Shown here: positions 46,525-60,795 of the stretch, piece by piece
How positions within the stretch are numbered: the stretch's first letter is position 1
Layout of the letters: each line of letters starts with the position of its first letter
Assembly (NCBI RefSeq): GCF_022045235.1
Contig: NW_027266269.1
Location: 5,332,001-5,396,000 of the forward strand
DNA from: Haliotis cracherodii
Taxonomy: Eukaryota
Length of the DNA: 64,000 nt
Direction of reading: 5' to 3'
Position numbers and translations under genes: made by a program
The notes under the pieces: model-generated
The model's database searches: none
What the model was told of the DNA's origin: nothing
The model's input: only the letters and a program-made list of their open reading frames with translations

Positions 46525-49500
46525 TTTCAGCTTGCAGTAGAATTGGCTATCACACGGACAAGAAACGAGATCTTTATCGGAAAGCACACCCGCTAGTGTT
46601 TTTAGTTTCGATTTCAACAATAGACAAACAGTAATGGGCGTTAACTCGCATGCCAGGTTCTCGCGTTTCCAGTCAACAACTCGTTTATTTATAGGATGCA
46701 CTATTGATTACACATGAACGCATAAAACGACTATTGGTGTCTGAATGTTGCCACTTCGCGCTTAAGTGAAATGTTTGCTGGTCTGTTGCCATAGGAGGTA
46801 TTCCTCGTCTGTCCGCGTCGATTCAACCGCGAAATCGTGGCGATGTATATACCGCCACTGTCTATTACGTATTATTGTAAAGGCGAGTATATTTGAGTGT
46901 TGAGTGTGACATGACTGCTTGTACATAATTGAGACTTGACCAGGTAAACAAGCAATTGACATTTCAAGAAACGATTCCCGCCTTCAGGGTACGATGGCAC
47001 GCATAAAAGGTTGTTTTGTTGTTTAACGCCGCACTCAGCATGCTTAAATATTAAAATGGTCATACTAAATTATTGATTTATGTTTAAAATTCCTTCATAA
47101 TGTTATTGTGATGAATACACATAACGTGTGTACTATCTGTTATGACTGTCCGTCCAAGGAAGGAATAGACAGCATTGCCACTGTAAACCGTTTGTTTTGT
47201 TTGTTTGTTTGTTTGTTGTTTAACGCCACACTCAGCAATATTCAGCGAGCCTGACCACCCAATCCCGTCAGTCGCCTCTTACGACAAGCATAGTCGCCTT
47301 TTACAGCAAGCATGGGTTGCTGGAGAGTGGAGACCTATTCTATCCCGGATCTTCATGGTACCACAGTTAACTGAATATGTGCGAAACATTCATTGTAGAA
47401 ATTCTATAAAACCGAAAACCACCCTCGTCTTGTCCGTTTTCTTGATTAAATTGTTAATAAAAGATAAGTTGAGTTGAATTGCTTACCAAATATACATTTC
47501 TTTCAAAAGGATATGTCAAAATAAAGAGGTGCAATATTGTTTCAACAGGAAAACAGGCAACAGGGTTTTCTGTCATGTTTGTTGTTTAATGCCCCTCTCG
47601 GCAATATGACGGCTGTTTGTGAATAATCGAGTCTGGATCAGACAATCCAGTGATAGACAACATGAGCATTGATATGTGGGACACAAGTAGGCTGAATATA
47701 AAAATAAAGCATTGGACTTTAAAACAGATACTAGTGAGTGAGTGAGTGAGTGAGTTTGGTTTTACGCCGCTTTTAGCAATATTCCAGGAATATCACGGCG
47801 GGGGACACCAAAAATGGGCTTCACACATTGTACCCATGTCGGGATTCGAACCCGGATCTTCGACGTGACGAGCGAACGCTTTAACCACTAGGTTACCCGA
47901 CCGCCCCAAAACAGATACTAACATCTCATTTAGTAACATATGTTTTTTTATTGAACACTGCTGAAAGCAATAATGTTTTGGTTATGCGTATATACTCTGA
48001 TTACAGCCCAATTGGGGGAGACCCGTGAAGATTCCGGGGTAGAATAGGTCTTCAACAACCCATGCTTGCCGTAAAAGGTGACTATGCTTGTCGTAAAAGG
48101 CGACTAACGGGATCGGGTGGTCAGGCTCGCTGACTTGGTTGATGCATGTCATCAATCCCAATTGCGTTGATTGATGCTCATGATATTAATCACTGGATTG
48201 TCTGGGCCAGACTCGATTATTTACAGACTGCCGTCATATAGCTGGAATTTTGCTGAGTGCGGCGTTAAACAACAAACAAATAAACAAAATAAGCAGACAT
48301 CAACTAACTGTTCCCAGGAGGAAACCGAACTCTTTGGCCAGTTATAATTCAGCTTACGCACAGAACTTCTCTGGAAGAAACTCCCGCTAGAAATCAAACT
48401 GGCACCATCCTTGGACCATTTCGAGAAACTGATTAAAACACCTTTTCCAAAAGTACTACGAGTGAGTGAGTGATTATGGTTTCACGCCGCTTTTACCAAT
48501 ATTCCAGCAATATCACGGCGGGGGACACCAGAAATTGGCTTCACACATTGTACCCATGTCGGGAATCGTACCCCGGGTTTTCGGCGTGACGAGCTAACGC
48601 TTTAACCATTAGGCTACCCGACCGCCCCGAAAGTGCTACGAGCTTTTTGGCCAGTGAATGCTTCACGTCGTTTCTCCCATTACTATAATTACCATTTATC
48701 CCCCCCACACTTTGCGTTCGTCTGTCTATCGTCGACCGCCTCCGTGGTCTGGTGGTAGAGCGTCCGCCCGGAGAGCGGAAGGTCCGGGGTTCGATCCCCG
48801 CCATACCAAAAGACGTTAAAGGATGGTACTTGTTGTTACCCTGTCTGGCGCTCGGCATAAAGGGGCTTAAACAAGGACTGGTCGGCTCAGAGTCAGTATA
48901 CTGTGTCTGAGTGGGGTATTCATGTTAAACTGCGAAAAAGGTATCTCAGTCTGCTAGCACTGTAAATCGGCATCAGTCCAGACTAGTACAAGCAGCCACA
49001 CAAACACACACACGTACATGCACGTCGCTATATAAGTGCAATAATCTTGGACGCAAAGTTAAACCCAATTTCACCTCACCGCACCTGCACCTATCATAAT
49101 AAAAGCGTCAAAATTCTTTCCATATTCATGAGAAATTACTGCCAGAAACAGTCGATTGTACGTTCCGACTGTATAATGATGAGTGAGTGAATTAAAGTTT
49201 AACGTCATATCGGCAATATTTCAGCCATATCGTGACGAAACAAAATTTGACATTTACAATATATTTTAAAATGTATAAAATTCTGCCGACGAAGGGCAGT
49301 ATAATAACTAGAATATCACAGATTTACATAAAACTAGTTAGAGAGCATGTTAAAATATACTATCATTTTGCAACACAATATAAAAACAGGCTATAGATCG
49401 CCAACAACTGAAGGTAGATCACCACGCTAGGATCCATGGGGACTTACAGTACTTTTGCTACCTACATGGACCCCAGCAGGATTTACACCATCCCTTCAGT

Positions 49501-50483
49501 GGTTGGCGATTATTGTCAATTTAGCCGAATTAAAAGAACATATATTCTGCGATTAAAAACGTGGTAGTAATAAATATACTGTGAATGACGTGGACTTACA
49601 TACCATCTCCGGGGGACAATCCTTTTACACTACTTCAACCCCCTTCGAGGTACAGCCACTGACAATCTTAGTTATCCAATTTATTCTACCAATATTAAAA
49701 GATCATTTATTAACTACATAATGAGCATGAATGTGTTTATGAATCACTATCAAATTGTGATGATACCAGGTGTTCGCGAAAAGATGATCAAATTCTATCA
49801 CCCGTCGCTTGTCAATAATGTACATATAATAAATGATGTAATTTACATCCCCGAACATCGTCATCATCATCATCATCATCATCATGTTCATCATCATCGG
49901 AGTAAAAAAATCAGATTTTTAAAAAAATTATGAAATTTCACAGTTCTGCAACTACAGACTTTAAATTTTATTCAGAATCAGCAAAAAAAGATAAGAGTGG
50001 ACAGTTTTACCGGTATATCGGTAAATTGAGGTTCATTCTTTGCATGATGCGTATCACAATATCAGATGATTTCAAATACCGATTTTTATCATGTGTTTAA
50101 TGGTATTAACTTGCCAAATACATGTATCTGCATTATGTTTCCGTAATTCCAAAATGCAAGTTCACAATCTGGAGTTCTTCTGTGGCATGATGTAGCACCA
50201 AGTCATCACTATCCCGGAGCGTGCATCCTTGCGTAATTATTGAATGTCCCAGCATCTTGTTTTGTTCCATTTATAAACTTCTATTCCTGATTGATGTTTC
50301 AAATTGCTTCTGAATTCACAATTTTGAATCATACAAAACATTGTGATACGTATCGCAATACGTCCTTGTGCACTGTGAAATATTGTGATACACTTGAAAC
50401 ATCCAAAACCCACCCCTAAAACAAATATAACAAAATCGATCATTTCTGCTAAGAATCAAAATGCACTTAAGGAACTGAACTTG

Positions 50484-51057
50484 TTAGAACGACAACACTG
50501 ATTGAAAGCAGTCAATCATTTCAGCCATCAGCTTAAACTTGGTTTCATTCCCAAGATTCACAAAGTCCTGTTGCTCCTCAAGATAAATGTCAAACGCATA
50601 ACCATCTGGGTTTCTAAATCTGAACGATTTCGCAATTTGTATTGCAGCATTCAGGAGTTTAGGCATGCTGTGCTTATCTGCCAGATATAAAGCGTGAAGA
50701 ACCTCTCTTTTTAAAGTAGATTCGTCACGACAGAGTGTTAACAGAAACTCCTCACACTTCCGCTTCAAGCCATCCATCTGGTACTCGTCAGCCAGTTCCA
50801 GCAGTCTGTCCACCGTTACCTGGGTGACAGGCCTGAGTTCTGATGGGTAAATACAGAGAAGCAAGTCCACAATGTCATCATATGTTTTTCCCGGTAGAGG
50901 GACTTCACTTTGCCGCTTTTCTTTAAAGTCTCCATTAAACATCCTGTGAAAAACATCCGATGCTGCTGAAAGTGCCCCTTTGATGACGTGAACACGTCTC
51001 CCTTCTACAACCAGAGCGACATCAGTCTTGTCAGAGGGTTCGTCAAACACAGATGAC
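50484..51057 (-). CDS. BTB type A copy A5, exon 2 (identical to A1 exon 2 protein except last residue)
   Basis: Intact ORF and acceptor. Confidence 0.92.
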
Positions 51058-51947
51058 CTGCCAGCATAGAAGATCAAGTCCATGGGTCACTTTACATCAG
51101 ACAAAACAAGATCGTTACAATACATACCCGTCACTACACTTGTGTTTCATATCTTGACATTGTCATAACAACGTAAGTTACGTCATTACATTTCGCTTCG
51201 TCAGATACCATAGAAAGTCCACTCGTTTCGTAAAAATGGTATCTAACGAGAGTGTGTGCTGAATTCCCTATTTATCTTTCAAAGTTCGTGTAATGGCTAC
51301 CTTGTTGGACAAATTATAAGTTAAGGAAGGTTTTTGTTTGTTTGTTTGTTCGTTTATCATTTAACTCCGTGATCGGCAATGTTCCAGCTATGTGACGGCG
51401 GTCTGTAAATAATCGAGTCTGGACCAGACAATCCAGTGATTGACATTATACGCACCGATCCACGCAATTAGGGTATGATGACATGCATCAACCATGTCAG
51501 CGAGCCTGACCACCCGATCCCGTCTGTCGCCTCTTACTACAAACTTAGTCGCCATTTACAGCAAGCATGGGTTGCTGAAGACCTTCTCATCCCGGATCTT
51601 CAGAGGTCTTAAGGAAAATAAGTCCAAGTAATCTACTGAAACACAGCGCATCACAGAACCACTAAGGTAAGGGATATTATATATGATGTCATCTCGTGTT
51701 TCCTACAGTCCAAAGTGGGGCGGTCGGGTAGCCTAGTGGTTAAAGCATTCGCTTGTCACGCCCGGGTTCGATTCCCGACATGGGTACAATGTGTGAAGCC
51801 CATTTCTGGTGTACACCGGCCGTGATATTGCTGGAATATTGCTAAAAGCCGCGTAAAATCAAACTCACTCACTACAGTGCAAAGTAAGGAGAAGATATAT
51901 GGATGAATACCAACACCGTCATCAAACTAGTACAGAGTATGGCTGAG

Positions 51948-52098
51948 AAGTATTTATACAGGTAGGAGGCAGCGTTTATACAGTAGAGTAGATTTAAGAT
52001 GTAGTTACCATGGTAACACTGGAGCGGAGAAGCATATAAACTGCATCTTAAATCTACTCTACTGTATAAACATTGCCTCCTACCTGTATAAATACTTA
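51948..52098. repeat. Inverted repeat, ~60-bp arms, ~30-bp spacer
   Basis: aagtatttatacaggtaggaggc...gatttaagatgtagtt / aactgcatcttaaatc...gcctcctacctgtataaatactt. Confidence 0.85.
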
Positions 52099-52825
52099 GA
52101 AAACACATTGGTGCTACGTTTGAGCTTATATTTCACACGTTCGTCTTTGTATATACACAAACGAGAGGCTCGTTCCTCTCTTAAATATTGTAATTATACA
52201 TTTACAGTGGAGAAGTGGGGTCAAATGAAAATAATATGGTTGCGTAAAAATACTAAATAATCAAGTCAGCTTCGTGTGACTAAATCACTAATTGTTTACA
52301 ACTAATCACCAACCTTTCCCTGTTCGGAGATTGATATAGAAATGCTGTTATAATATGGCATCAGCGCTCGATTCCAACATGTGTACAATGCAAAGAACGG
52401 CCACTAGTTCGCAATGAAAGTCATTGGTTACCGAGTTTGTATAAAAAGGAGATATGTTAACATTTTGTTTGCCAAATATAGGGCGGTCGCGAAATTTCTG
52501 ATTTTGACTCCAGAAATGCGACTAAATCTGAATTTTTCCGAAATAATTACACCACAACTCTAGATTTTTGTAGGCTTTCAGACAAATGTTATCCTATTAT
52601 TGGTCTCAAATCATCAATCAACGCAATTGGGATCGATGACATTTATCAACCAAGTCAGCGAGACTGACCACACGATCCCGTTAGTTGCCTCTTACGACAA
52701 GCATAGTTGCCTTTTGGTTGCTGAAGACCTATTCTATCCCAGATATTCACGGGTCTCACGCGGACCTATACACTGGAGTCTGGGCTCTGGGTCCCTGTTT
52801 CCCGTTCCCCGTCTCAGGTACTCAC

Positions 52826-52854
52826 CTTCTCTTCAGGGATACACGAGTGGCCAT
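52826..52854 (-). CDS. Type B exon 1 copy (MATRVSLKR-R); promoter truncated at ~52915
   Basis: ATG and donor intact, upstream ISRE missing. Confidence 0.4.
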
Positions 52855-53284
52855 TTTCAGCTTGCAGTAGAATTGGCTACCACACGGACAAGAAACGAGA
52901 TCTTGATCGGAAAGCCCAGTAGTCACATATGATAAAAAAAACATATGAGGGAAAAAGGTAACTTATCCGTGACTTCATTCATACAACACCCAACTACCAG
53001 ATTGTTGGTATTCAGACAACTTCATTCTGGTTGAAATGTGAGTCAGTAAGGTCACGCGGACGTTGGTTGGTTGGTTTGTTGTTTAACGCCGCACTCAGCA
53101 ATAGTCCAGCTTTATGACGGCGGTCTGTAAATAATCAAGTCTGGACCTGACAATCCAGTGATTTACATCATGATCATCGATCCACGCAATTGTGATCGAT
53201 GACATTTATCAAAGTCGCGCGGACCTATACACTGGAGTATGGGCTCTGGGTCCCTGTTTCCCGTTCCCCGTCTCAGGTACTCAC

Positions 53285-53313
53285 CTTCTCTTTGGAGATA
53301 CAGGAGTGGCCAT
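53285..53313 (-). CDS. Type B exon 1 (MATPVSPKR-R), candidate first exon for A5
   Basis: ATG, donor and ISRE (53393) intact. Confidence 0.55.
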
Positions 53314-55771
53314 TTTCAGCTTGCAGTAGAATTGGCTACCACACTGACAAGAAACGAGATCTTGATCGGAAAGCACACCCGCTAGTGTTTTCAGTTTCGA
53401 TTTCAACAATAGACAAACAGTAATGGGCGTTAACTCGCATGTCAGGTTCTCGCGTTTCCATTCAACAACTAGTTTATTTATAGGATGCACTATTGATTAC
53501 ACATGAACGCATAAAACGACTATTGGTGTCTGAATGTTGCTACTTCGCGCTTAAGTGAAATGTTTGCTGGTCTGTTGCCATAGGAGGTATTCCTCGTCTG
53601 TCCGCGTCGATTCAACCGCGAAATCGTGGCGATGTATATACCGCCACTGTCTATTACGTATTATTGTAAAGGCGAGTATATTTGAGTGTTGAGTGTGACA
53701 TGACTGCTTGTACATAATTGAGACTTGACCAGGTAAACAAGCAATTGACATTTCAAGAAACGATTCCCGCCTTCAGGGTACGATGGCACGCATAAAAGGT
53801 TGTTTTGTTGTTTAACGCCGCACTCAGCATGCTTAAATATTAAAATGGTCATACTAAATTATTGATTTATGTTTAAAATTCCTTCATAATGTTATTGTGA
53901 TGAATACACATAACGTGTGTACTATCTGTTATGACTGTCCGTCCAAGGAAGGAATAGACAGCATTGCCACTGTAAACCGTTTGTTTTGTTTGTTTGTTGT
54001 TTAACGCCACACTCAGCAATATTCAGCGAGCCTGACCACCCAATCCCGTCAGTCGCCTCTTACGACAAGCATAGTCGCCTTTTACAGCAAGCATGGGTTG
54101 CTGGAGAGTGGAGACCTATTCTATCCCGGATCTTCATGGTACCACAGTTAACTGAATATGTGCGAAACATTCATTGTAGAAATTCTATAAAACCGAAAAC
54201 CACCCTCGTCTTGTCCGTTTTCTTTATTAAATTGTTAATAGAAGATAAGCTGAGTTGAATTGCTTACCAAATATACATTTCTTTCAAAAGGATATGTCAA
54301 AATAAAGAGGTGCAATATTGTTTCAACAGGAAAACAGGCAACAGGGTTGCTGTATCGCCTACATTAATAAGAGTGAGTGAGTATGGTTTTACGCCGCTTT
54401 TAGCAATGTTCCAGCAATATCACGGCGGGGGGACACCAGAAATGGGCTTCACACACTGTACATTAATAAGAGTTTTCTGTCATGTTTGAAGTAGTTCCCG
54501 TTGTTTGTTGTTTAATGCCCCTCTCAGTAATATGACAGCTGTTTGTGAATAATCGAGTCTGGACCAGACAATCCAGTGATAGACAACATGAGCATTGATA
54601 TGTAGGACAGAAGTAGGATGAATATAAAAATAAAGCATTGGGCTTTAAAACAGATACTAGTGAGTGAGTTTGGTTTTACGCCGCTTTTAGCAGTATTCCA
54701 GCAATATCACGGCGGGGGACACCAGAAATGGGTTACCCGACCGCCCCAAAACAGATACTAACATCTCATTTAGTAACATATGGTTTTTTTTATTGAACAC
54801 TGCTGAAAGCAATAATGTTTTGGTTATGCGTATATACTCTGATTACAGCCCAATCGGGGGAGACCCGTGAAGATTCAGGGGTAGAATAGGTCTTCAACAA
54901 CCTATGCTTGTCGTAAAAGGTGACTATGCTTGTCGTAAAAGGCGACTAACAGGATCCGGTTGTCAGGCTCGCTGACTTGGTTGATGCATGTCATCAATCC
55001 CAATCATCTCGTATTTCCTACAGTACAAAGTGGGGCGGTCGGGTAGCCTAGTGGTTAAAGCATTGGCTCATCACGCCGAAGATCCGGGTTCGATTCCCGA
55101 CATGGGTACAATGTGTGAAGCCCATTTCTGGTGTCCCCGGCCGTGATATTGCTGGAATATTGCTAAAAGCGGTGTAAAATCAAACTCACTCACTACAGTG
55201 CAAAGTAAGGAGAAGGTATATGGATGAACAACTTTTTTATTGCAATCAGGAACGACGTTTCGGTGTAGGTTCTAACACTGTCATCAAACTAGTACAGAGT
55301 ATGGCTGACAAGTATTTATACAGGTAGGAGGCGGTGTTTATACAGTAGAGTAGATTTAAGATGTAGATGTAGATGTAACCATGGTTACACTGGAGCGGAT
55401 TATATTTGTCTTCTTCTTTAGATTTGAGTTTTGATCATGACTACATTTATTTTTTTATATTATGTTATGCCGTGTAAACATGAATTATGATCTGTATGAT
55501 CTGTGACTAAACACACTTATGATAATGTAAATATGATTAATGTACTACTTACATTGTGTATTTAAAGAAATCGTCATATAAAAATCAAAATCCATTATAT
55601 GAAATACTTGTATTATGAAATTATCATTTGCTTTGTAATGCAAAGAAACGTCATTTCATTTGATTGTCGCTGGTCGTAAGGGAAGTAACTCTAGCCCCGG
55701 ATAATATGTTATATTGTTTACGTGGTTACCAGGATGGTAAGTTGCAAATGTCTGCGGTACCGGTAAGTTAA

Positions 55772-57835
55772 AGGGGCACTGATCTAACGCAATTCCCCGG
55801 GACTGGTTGTTGCCTTTGTAATTGTTTTTTCCCAGTGAGTACCCAGATGTATAGCAGAAATCTAGACTAGTTCGCGACCTCTGCTGCGCCATTCGTAAGC
55901 GCATTAGTCACTTTTATGGGTAGTAATAAGGGCGTATGGTCACATTGATCAACAAAATGAAATACAGTTTTCGAGATAATAAGGAAATGTAGGTATCTTT
56001 GTGAGTAGCATCTGTAATGGTGACGAAGTTTTGATAAGTCACTTGCGTGGTAATTTTGCGATTTTTGTTTACACTATTTCGACTTGCAACACAAAGTAAA
56101 TATTTCACCTGAGCATTGCTTTTTTTATAGTGTGTATATTTTTTTACTGTCAAAATGTGTAACAAATTTATTAAACGTCTAAATATTCAGTTATTTTACA
56201 AAGAGACTGAAAAACATTTCCATCTGTATTATTATGATAACGAATTCCAACATTTTGAGGTTTAATGTCATCACCAAGAGACTGAAAATGTTACGTTGAA
56301 AAGTACATTTCTATGTTGTTTGGCTTCTAATCCTACATAATAATCTGTAATGTTTGTAGGCCCTTTTGATCGTCTTAATCAACATGGACAGATATTTTAG
56401 TCAAAATGACTGAAATATTTACACATTTTATAAATTGCCTGAGAGAATCACATTTTACAAATTGACGGTAAGATATACACGCTTATAAAGGAAAAGACCT
56501 GTGACAACAACGTCTATCGCGCATTGAAGAATTTCCCAACCAAGACGTAGAGAAACAAGAACGAATCGGTTCAAATGAAGGAAAACAAAATGCAAATACC
56601 ATAATTACAACCTACCAAATTTATGTGTATAAATTTTAAGCAGCTTCCGTGTTCGAGGAATGTATCCGTGAATATCCACACAAAGGAACAACATCCCACT
56701 CGTCTGCAGCTGTACAAAGAAACTTATTCGATGTCACGTGTCTCAGTAACAATCAAATATTTTAAAAGATATATATCGTTTCGGGATATTATAACCCGTG
56801 TTCGTTTCTAAACTGATCACTTGGATTGTTTCAGGTGTTTCACATAGGTGTCAAGTCTCAAAGGTCGGCTGAGAAAGCCCACGTGACAACTATTTTCATA
56901 ATGTCCACGGTTCCTAAAAAATCCATTGAGTGATTGATAACAATAATCAATCAATCAACGTATTATCGGTTAACCCTTTGAACAAAGTAAGTTGTTTTTA
57001 CATCGGCACTTCACGCCATGATGTGAGTGTTTTCCCTTTGTTTTAGTAAACCTAGACATGTAAACACTCACTTTTGATATATCCACTGTGCAAGATAACA
57101 GTGATTTATCAATCAACGTATTTTCTGTTAATCCTTTGATGACTAGGAACGATCCGTTGATTTACAAAAAAAAGTAAATCAACTGATCATTCATCTGTTG
57201 CTGGGCTGCCACGTGCATATAACATAACACACATTTCATCTCACTTTAAACCTGGATTTAGATTGAATAATTACCCCAGACACAATAAATGCCAAATGGG
57301 GACCTTTGTCTGGTAATCTAAGTGGTGCTACCACTAATTGTACCTGTAATAAATTCATTAACTGAGCATCAAGTGAATGACGACAAATACACAAGTGTAG
57401 GGTTATGCGAGAAAACGTGGATGACAACAGTGGAGTAGTAATCGTATTATCGACGCAATCGGAAATCCGAAAATGCTATCACTGCATGGGTACTTTTTTT
57501 AGTATTAAACTATAACCATCTGGGGTATTTCCAAATGACGACATCCGATGAGCTCCGTCGTTCTTTTTGTCTGTTTGTTTAGGCTGAAGAAATTAATTAA
57601 CATGCGCCCTTTGTCGAAATCTTTACAGTTAACCAATCAGTTAACCAATCAGTGTTTATGCAAAAATGAGTAAAACAAATATTGCCTCCAGCCTCCAAGT
57701 TTATTTAGCTGTCCTTGCAGACGGTAGCCCAGTCTGTGGTCACGCTCAGTTGCGTTGCGTATCATCCGGGTACTCACGGGGAAAAAAACAATAACAAATA
57801 ACCAGTCCGGGGAATTGCGTTAGATCAGTGCCCCT
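55772..57835. mobile_element. 2.06-kb non-autonomous Kolobok-like DNA transposon, TTAA TSD
   Basis: TTAA|AGGGGCACTGATCTAACGCAATTCCCCGG...CCGGGGAATTGCGTTAGATCAGTGCCCCT|TTAA; empty gTTAAc sites near 16363 and 30361; no long ORF. Confidence 0.88.
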
Positions 57836-58026
57836 TTAACAGAGGGGTGTTGGCCTGTCGGGTTATATCATTTCCATGCCAGTGACGCTCAGTGGTTTAT
57901 GTTATGTCAGTCTTGAAAAACATGCGGGAATTGAAGCAAAAGCAAGCACACACATAACATTCTACGCAGATATTGATTCGAGTTTCCCGATTTACAATTT
58001 CCAGTTTCAAATATACTGATTGTTAC

Positions 58027-58061
58027 CTTATTTCATTCTTGGGATGTTTAGGAGTAGCCAT
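58027..58061 (-). CDS. Type A exon 1 (MATPKHPKNEI-R) whose own exon 2 is deleted (junction ~55003)
   Basis: Homologous to 16545-16579; intron homology runs down to ~55005 then switches to spacer sequence. Confidence 0.55.
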
Positions 58062-59088
58062 TGTCACCAGGTAGTTACTGCACCGTGATTGTATGATGAT
58101 AATAATTGTCAGGTGACGAGGCCACAGCTAACACGGTAACTTGATGAGCAAAACCCTTGTTTCACTCTCGATTTGACACTTCTGAGAAGTAGACCTAAGG
58201 GAGGTAACTCGCTTGGTTCTTCTTTCTTACAAATTGAGATTGAAATATCAATACTTAAGCTGTAATGGGTCGGATGGTTAGGGTCGTGTGGGTTCGAACC
58301 TGACGTCGTTAAAACGTGTCCTGATTTCTTTTTCCGTGTGACAGAATTTACTTGACAATTATGTGTCCCCTGATTTATTTGGACTTTAGGTATACTGATT
58401 TATTTATTTGGTATTTGTGAGTGAGACAGAATTTACCTGGTACTTCCTCGTGTCCTGATGTATTTGGTATTTGGGTTGGTTTGTTGGCTGGTTTGTTGTT
58501 TAACGCCGCACTCGGCAATATTCCAGCTATATGACGGCGGTCTTTAATCCAGTGATTGACATCATGAGCATCAATCCACGTACTTGGGATAATGCCATGC
58601 ATCAACCAAGTTTGCGAGCCCGACCACCCGATCCCGTTAATCGCCTCTTACGACAAGCGTAGTCGCCTTTTACGGCAAGTATGGGTTGCTGAAGAACTAT
58701 TCTACCCCGAATTTTCACGGGCCTGGTATTTGGGAGTGAGACAGAATTTACCTGGCACTTCCACGAGTCCTGGTTTATTTGGAATTTGGGAGTGAGACAG
58801 AATTTATCTGGCACTTCCAAGTTTCCTGGTTTATTTGGTATTTGGGAGTGAGACAGAATTTACCTGGCACTTCTACGAGTCCTGGTTTATTTGGAATTTG
58901 GGAGTGAGACAGAATTTTCACAACACTTCCACGTGTCCTGAATTATTTGGAATTTGGGTTGGTTAGTTGGTTCGCTTGTTGTTTAACGCCGCACTCAGCA
59001 ATATTCCAGCTATATGACGGCGGTCATAATCAAGCCTGGACCAGACAATCCAGTGATTAATGTCACGAGGATCGATTCACGCACTTGC

Positions 59089-59755
59089 CACAGTGCCAGT
59101 TGACCTCTCCCAATGCGAGCTGACCAGTGCTTGATGACACACACTAACCATCTCTCACAGTGCCAGTTGACCTCTCCCAATGCGAGCTGACCAGTGCTTG
59201 ATGACACACTAACCATCTCTCACAGTGCCAGTTGACCTCTCCCAATGCGAGCTGACCAGTTGTTGATGACACACTAACCTCATCTCACAGCGCCAGTTGA
59301 CCTCTCCCAATGCGAGCTGACCAGTGCTTGATGACACACTAACCAGCTCTCACAGTGCCAGTTGACCTCTCCCAATGCGAGCTGACCAGTGGTTGATGAC
59401 ACACGTCAATCTGCTCTCACAGCGCCAGTTGACCTCTCCCAGTACGAGCTGACCAGTGCTTGATGACACACTAACAAGCTCTCACAGTGCCAGTTGACCT
59501 CTCCCAGTGCGAGCTGACTAGTGCTTGATGATACACTTACAAGCTCTCACAGTGCCAGTTGACCTACCCCAATGCGAATCGACCAGTGGTTGATGACACA
59601 CGTCAATCTGCTCTCACAGCGCCAGCTGACCTCGCCCAGAGCGAGCTGACAAGTGGTTGATGACACACTAACCATCTCTCACAGTGCCAGTTGATCTCTC
59701 CCAGTGCGAGCTGACCAGTGCTTGATGACACACACGTATCGGCTCTAGCCACAGT
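59089..59755. repeat. 65-bp minisatellite, about 10 copies
   Basis: Same unit as the 31556 array. Confidence 0.93.
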
Positions 59756-60221
59756 GTTATTCATGAAGAGGACGTAAAAGTATTATCAAACACGTTTTCA
59801 AATAAAGGGAATATTTATTTTAGCATAAGATCGCATACAAATCGTCTAAACAGTGTGAGGACATAAATATAAATACACACACTTTGTCAATAACGGCAAC
59901 ACAACATGATGGAAAACAAAAACGTCAAATGTCATTTGGGTATAACAAATCCCTGGAAAAAAATCCATAGAAGATGTACCTATTGTCACTCAAGATCAGA
60001 TAGCAGGGGACCTATTCTCACTTCGGTTCATCTAACAGGAAACAGTGGCACTGTGAATCCTCATAAATCACAATCATATTATTTTTTATCTTCTCACACT
60101 TATCAGAGAAAAAAAGGATGGGCGTTGGGATAGCCGTGTTGTTAAGGCGTTACTCGTTATACTGAAGTCCGAGGATGTATTGCCCACATGCCTACAGTGA
60201 AAATCAGCTCAATATCCCATT

Positions 60222-60795
60222 TTAGTGTTTTATTTTTTCAAGGCAATCTATTCGCTTACGAAGTAGCTTAGCAAGGCTTCTCAATGAAAGTTTCGTATAG
60301 TCTTCATGGTTCGCTATTGAGAAGCCATATCTAATCTGATTTATTGAAACGTTAGATAACGTGTCTGTTGCTATCTCTAACAAAGTTTCCAATTCATACT
60401 TATCGGCCAGGTATAAGAAGTGCACTGTGTCGTTACAGTCATGTACATGTTCATATATAGACGTTTTACATAATGGCAATAGAAACTCCTCACACCTCCT
60501 CTTCAGGCCAACAATCTGGTACTCGTCAGCCAGTTCTAGCAGTTTGTCCACAGTTTCCCTGGTGACAGGCCTGAGTTCTGATGGGTAAATACATAGCAGC
60601 ATGTCCACAATGTCATCGCGAGATTTGCCTGGAAGTGGAATTTCAGCCTGCTGCTGTTCTTTGAAGTAGCCATTAAGCATGCAGTCAAAGTCATCTGACG
60701 CCATTGACAGAATCAGTTTATTGACGTAGAGACGTCTTCCCTCCACCACAATCGCAACATCAGATTTAGCTGTGGGTTTATCAAAGACTGATGGC
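60222..60795 (-). CDS. BTB type B copy B3, exon 2 (200 aa with exon 1)
   Basis: Intact paralog, same acceptor. Confidence 0.9.
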
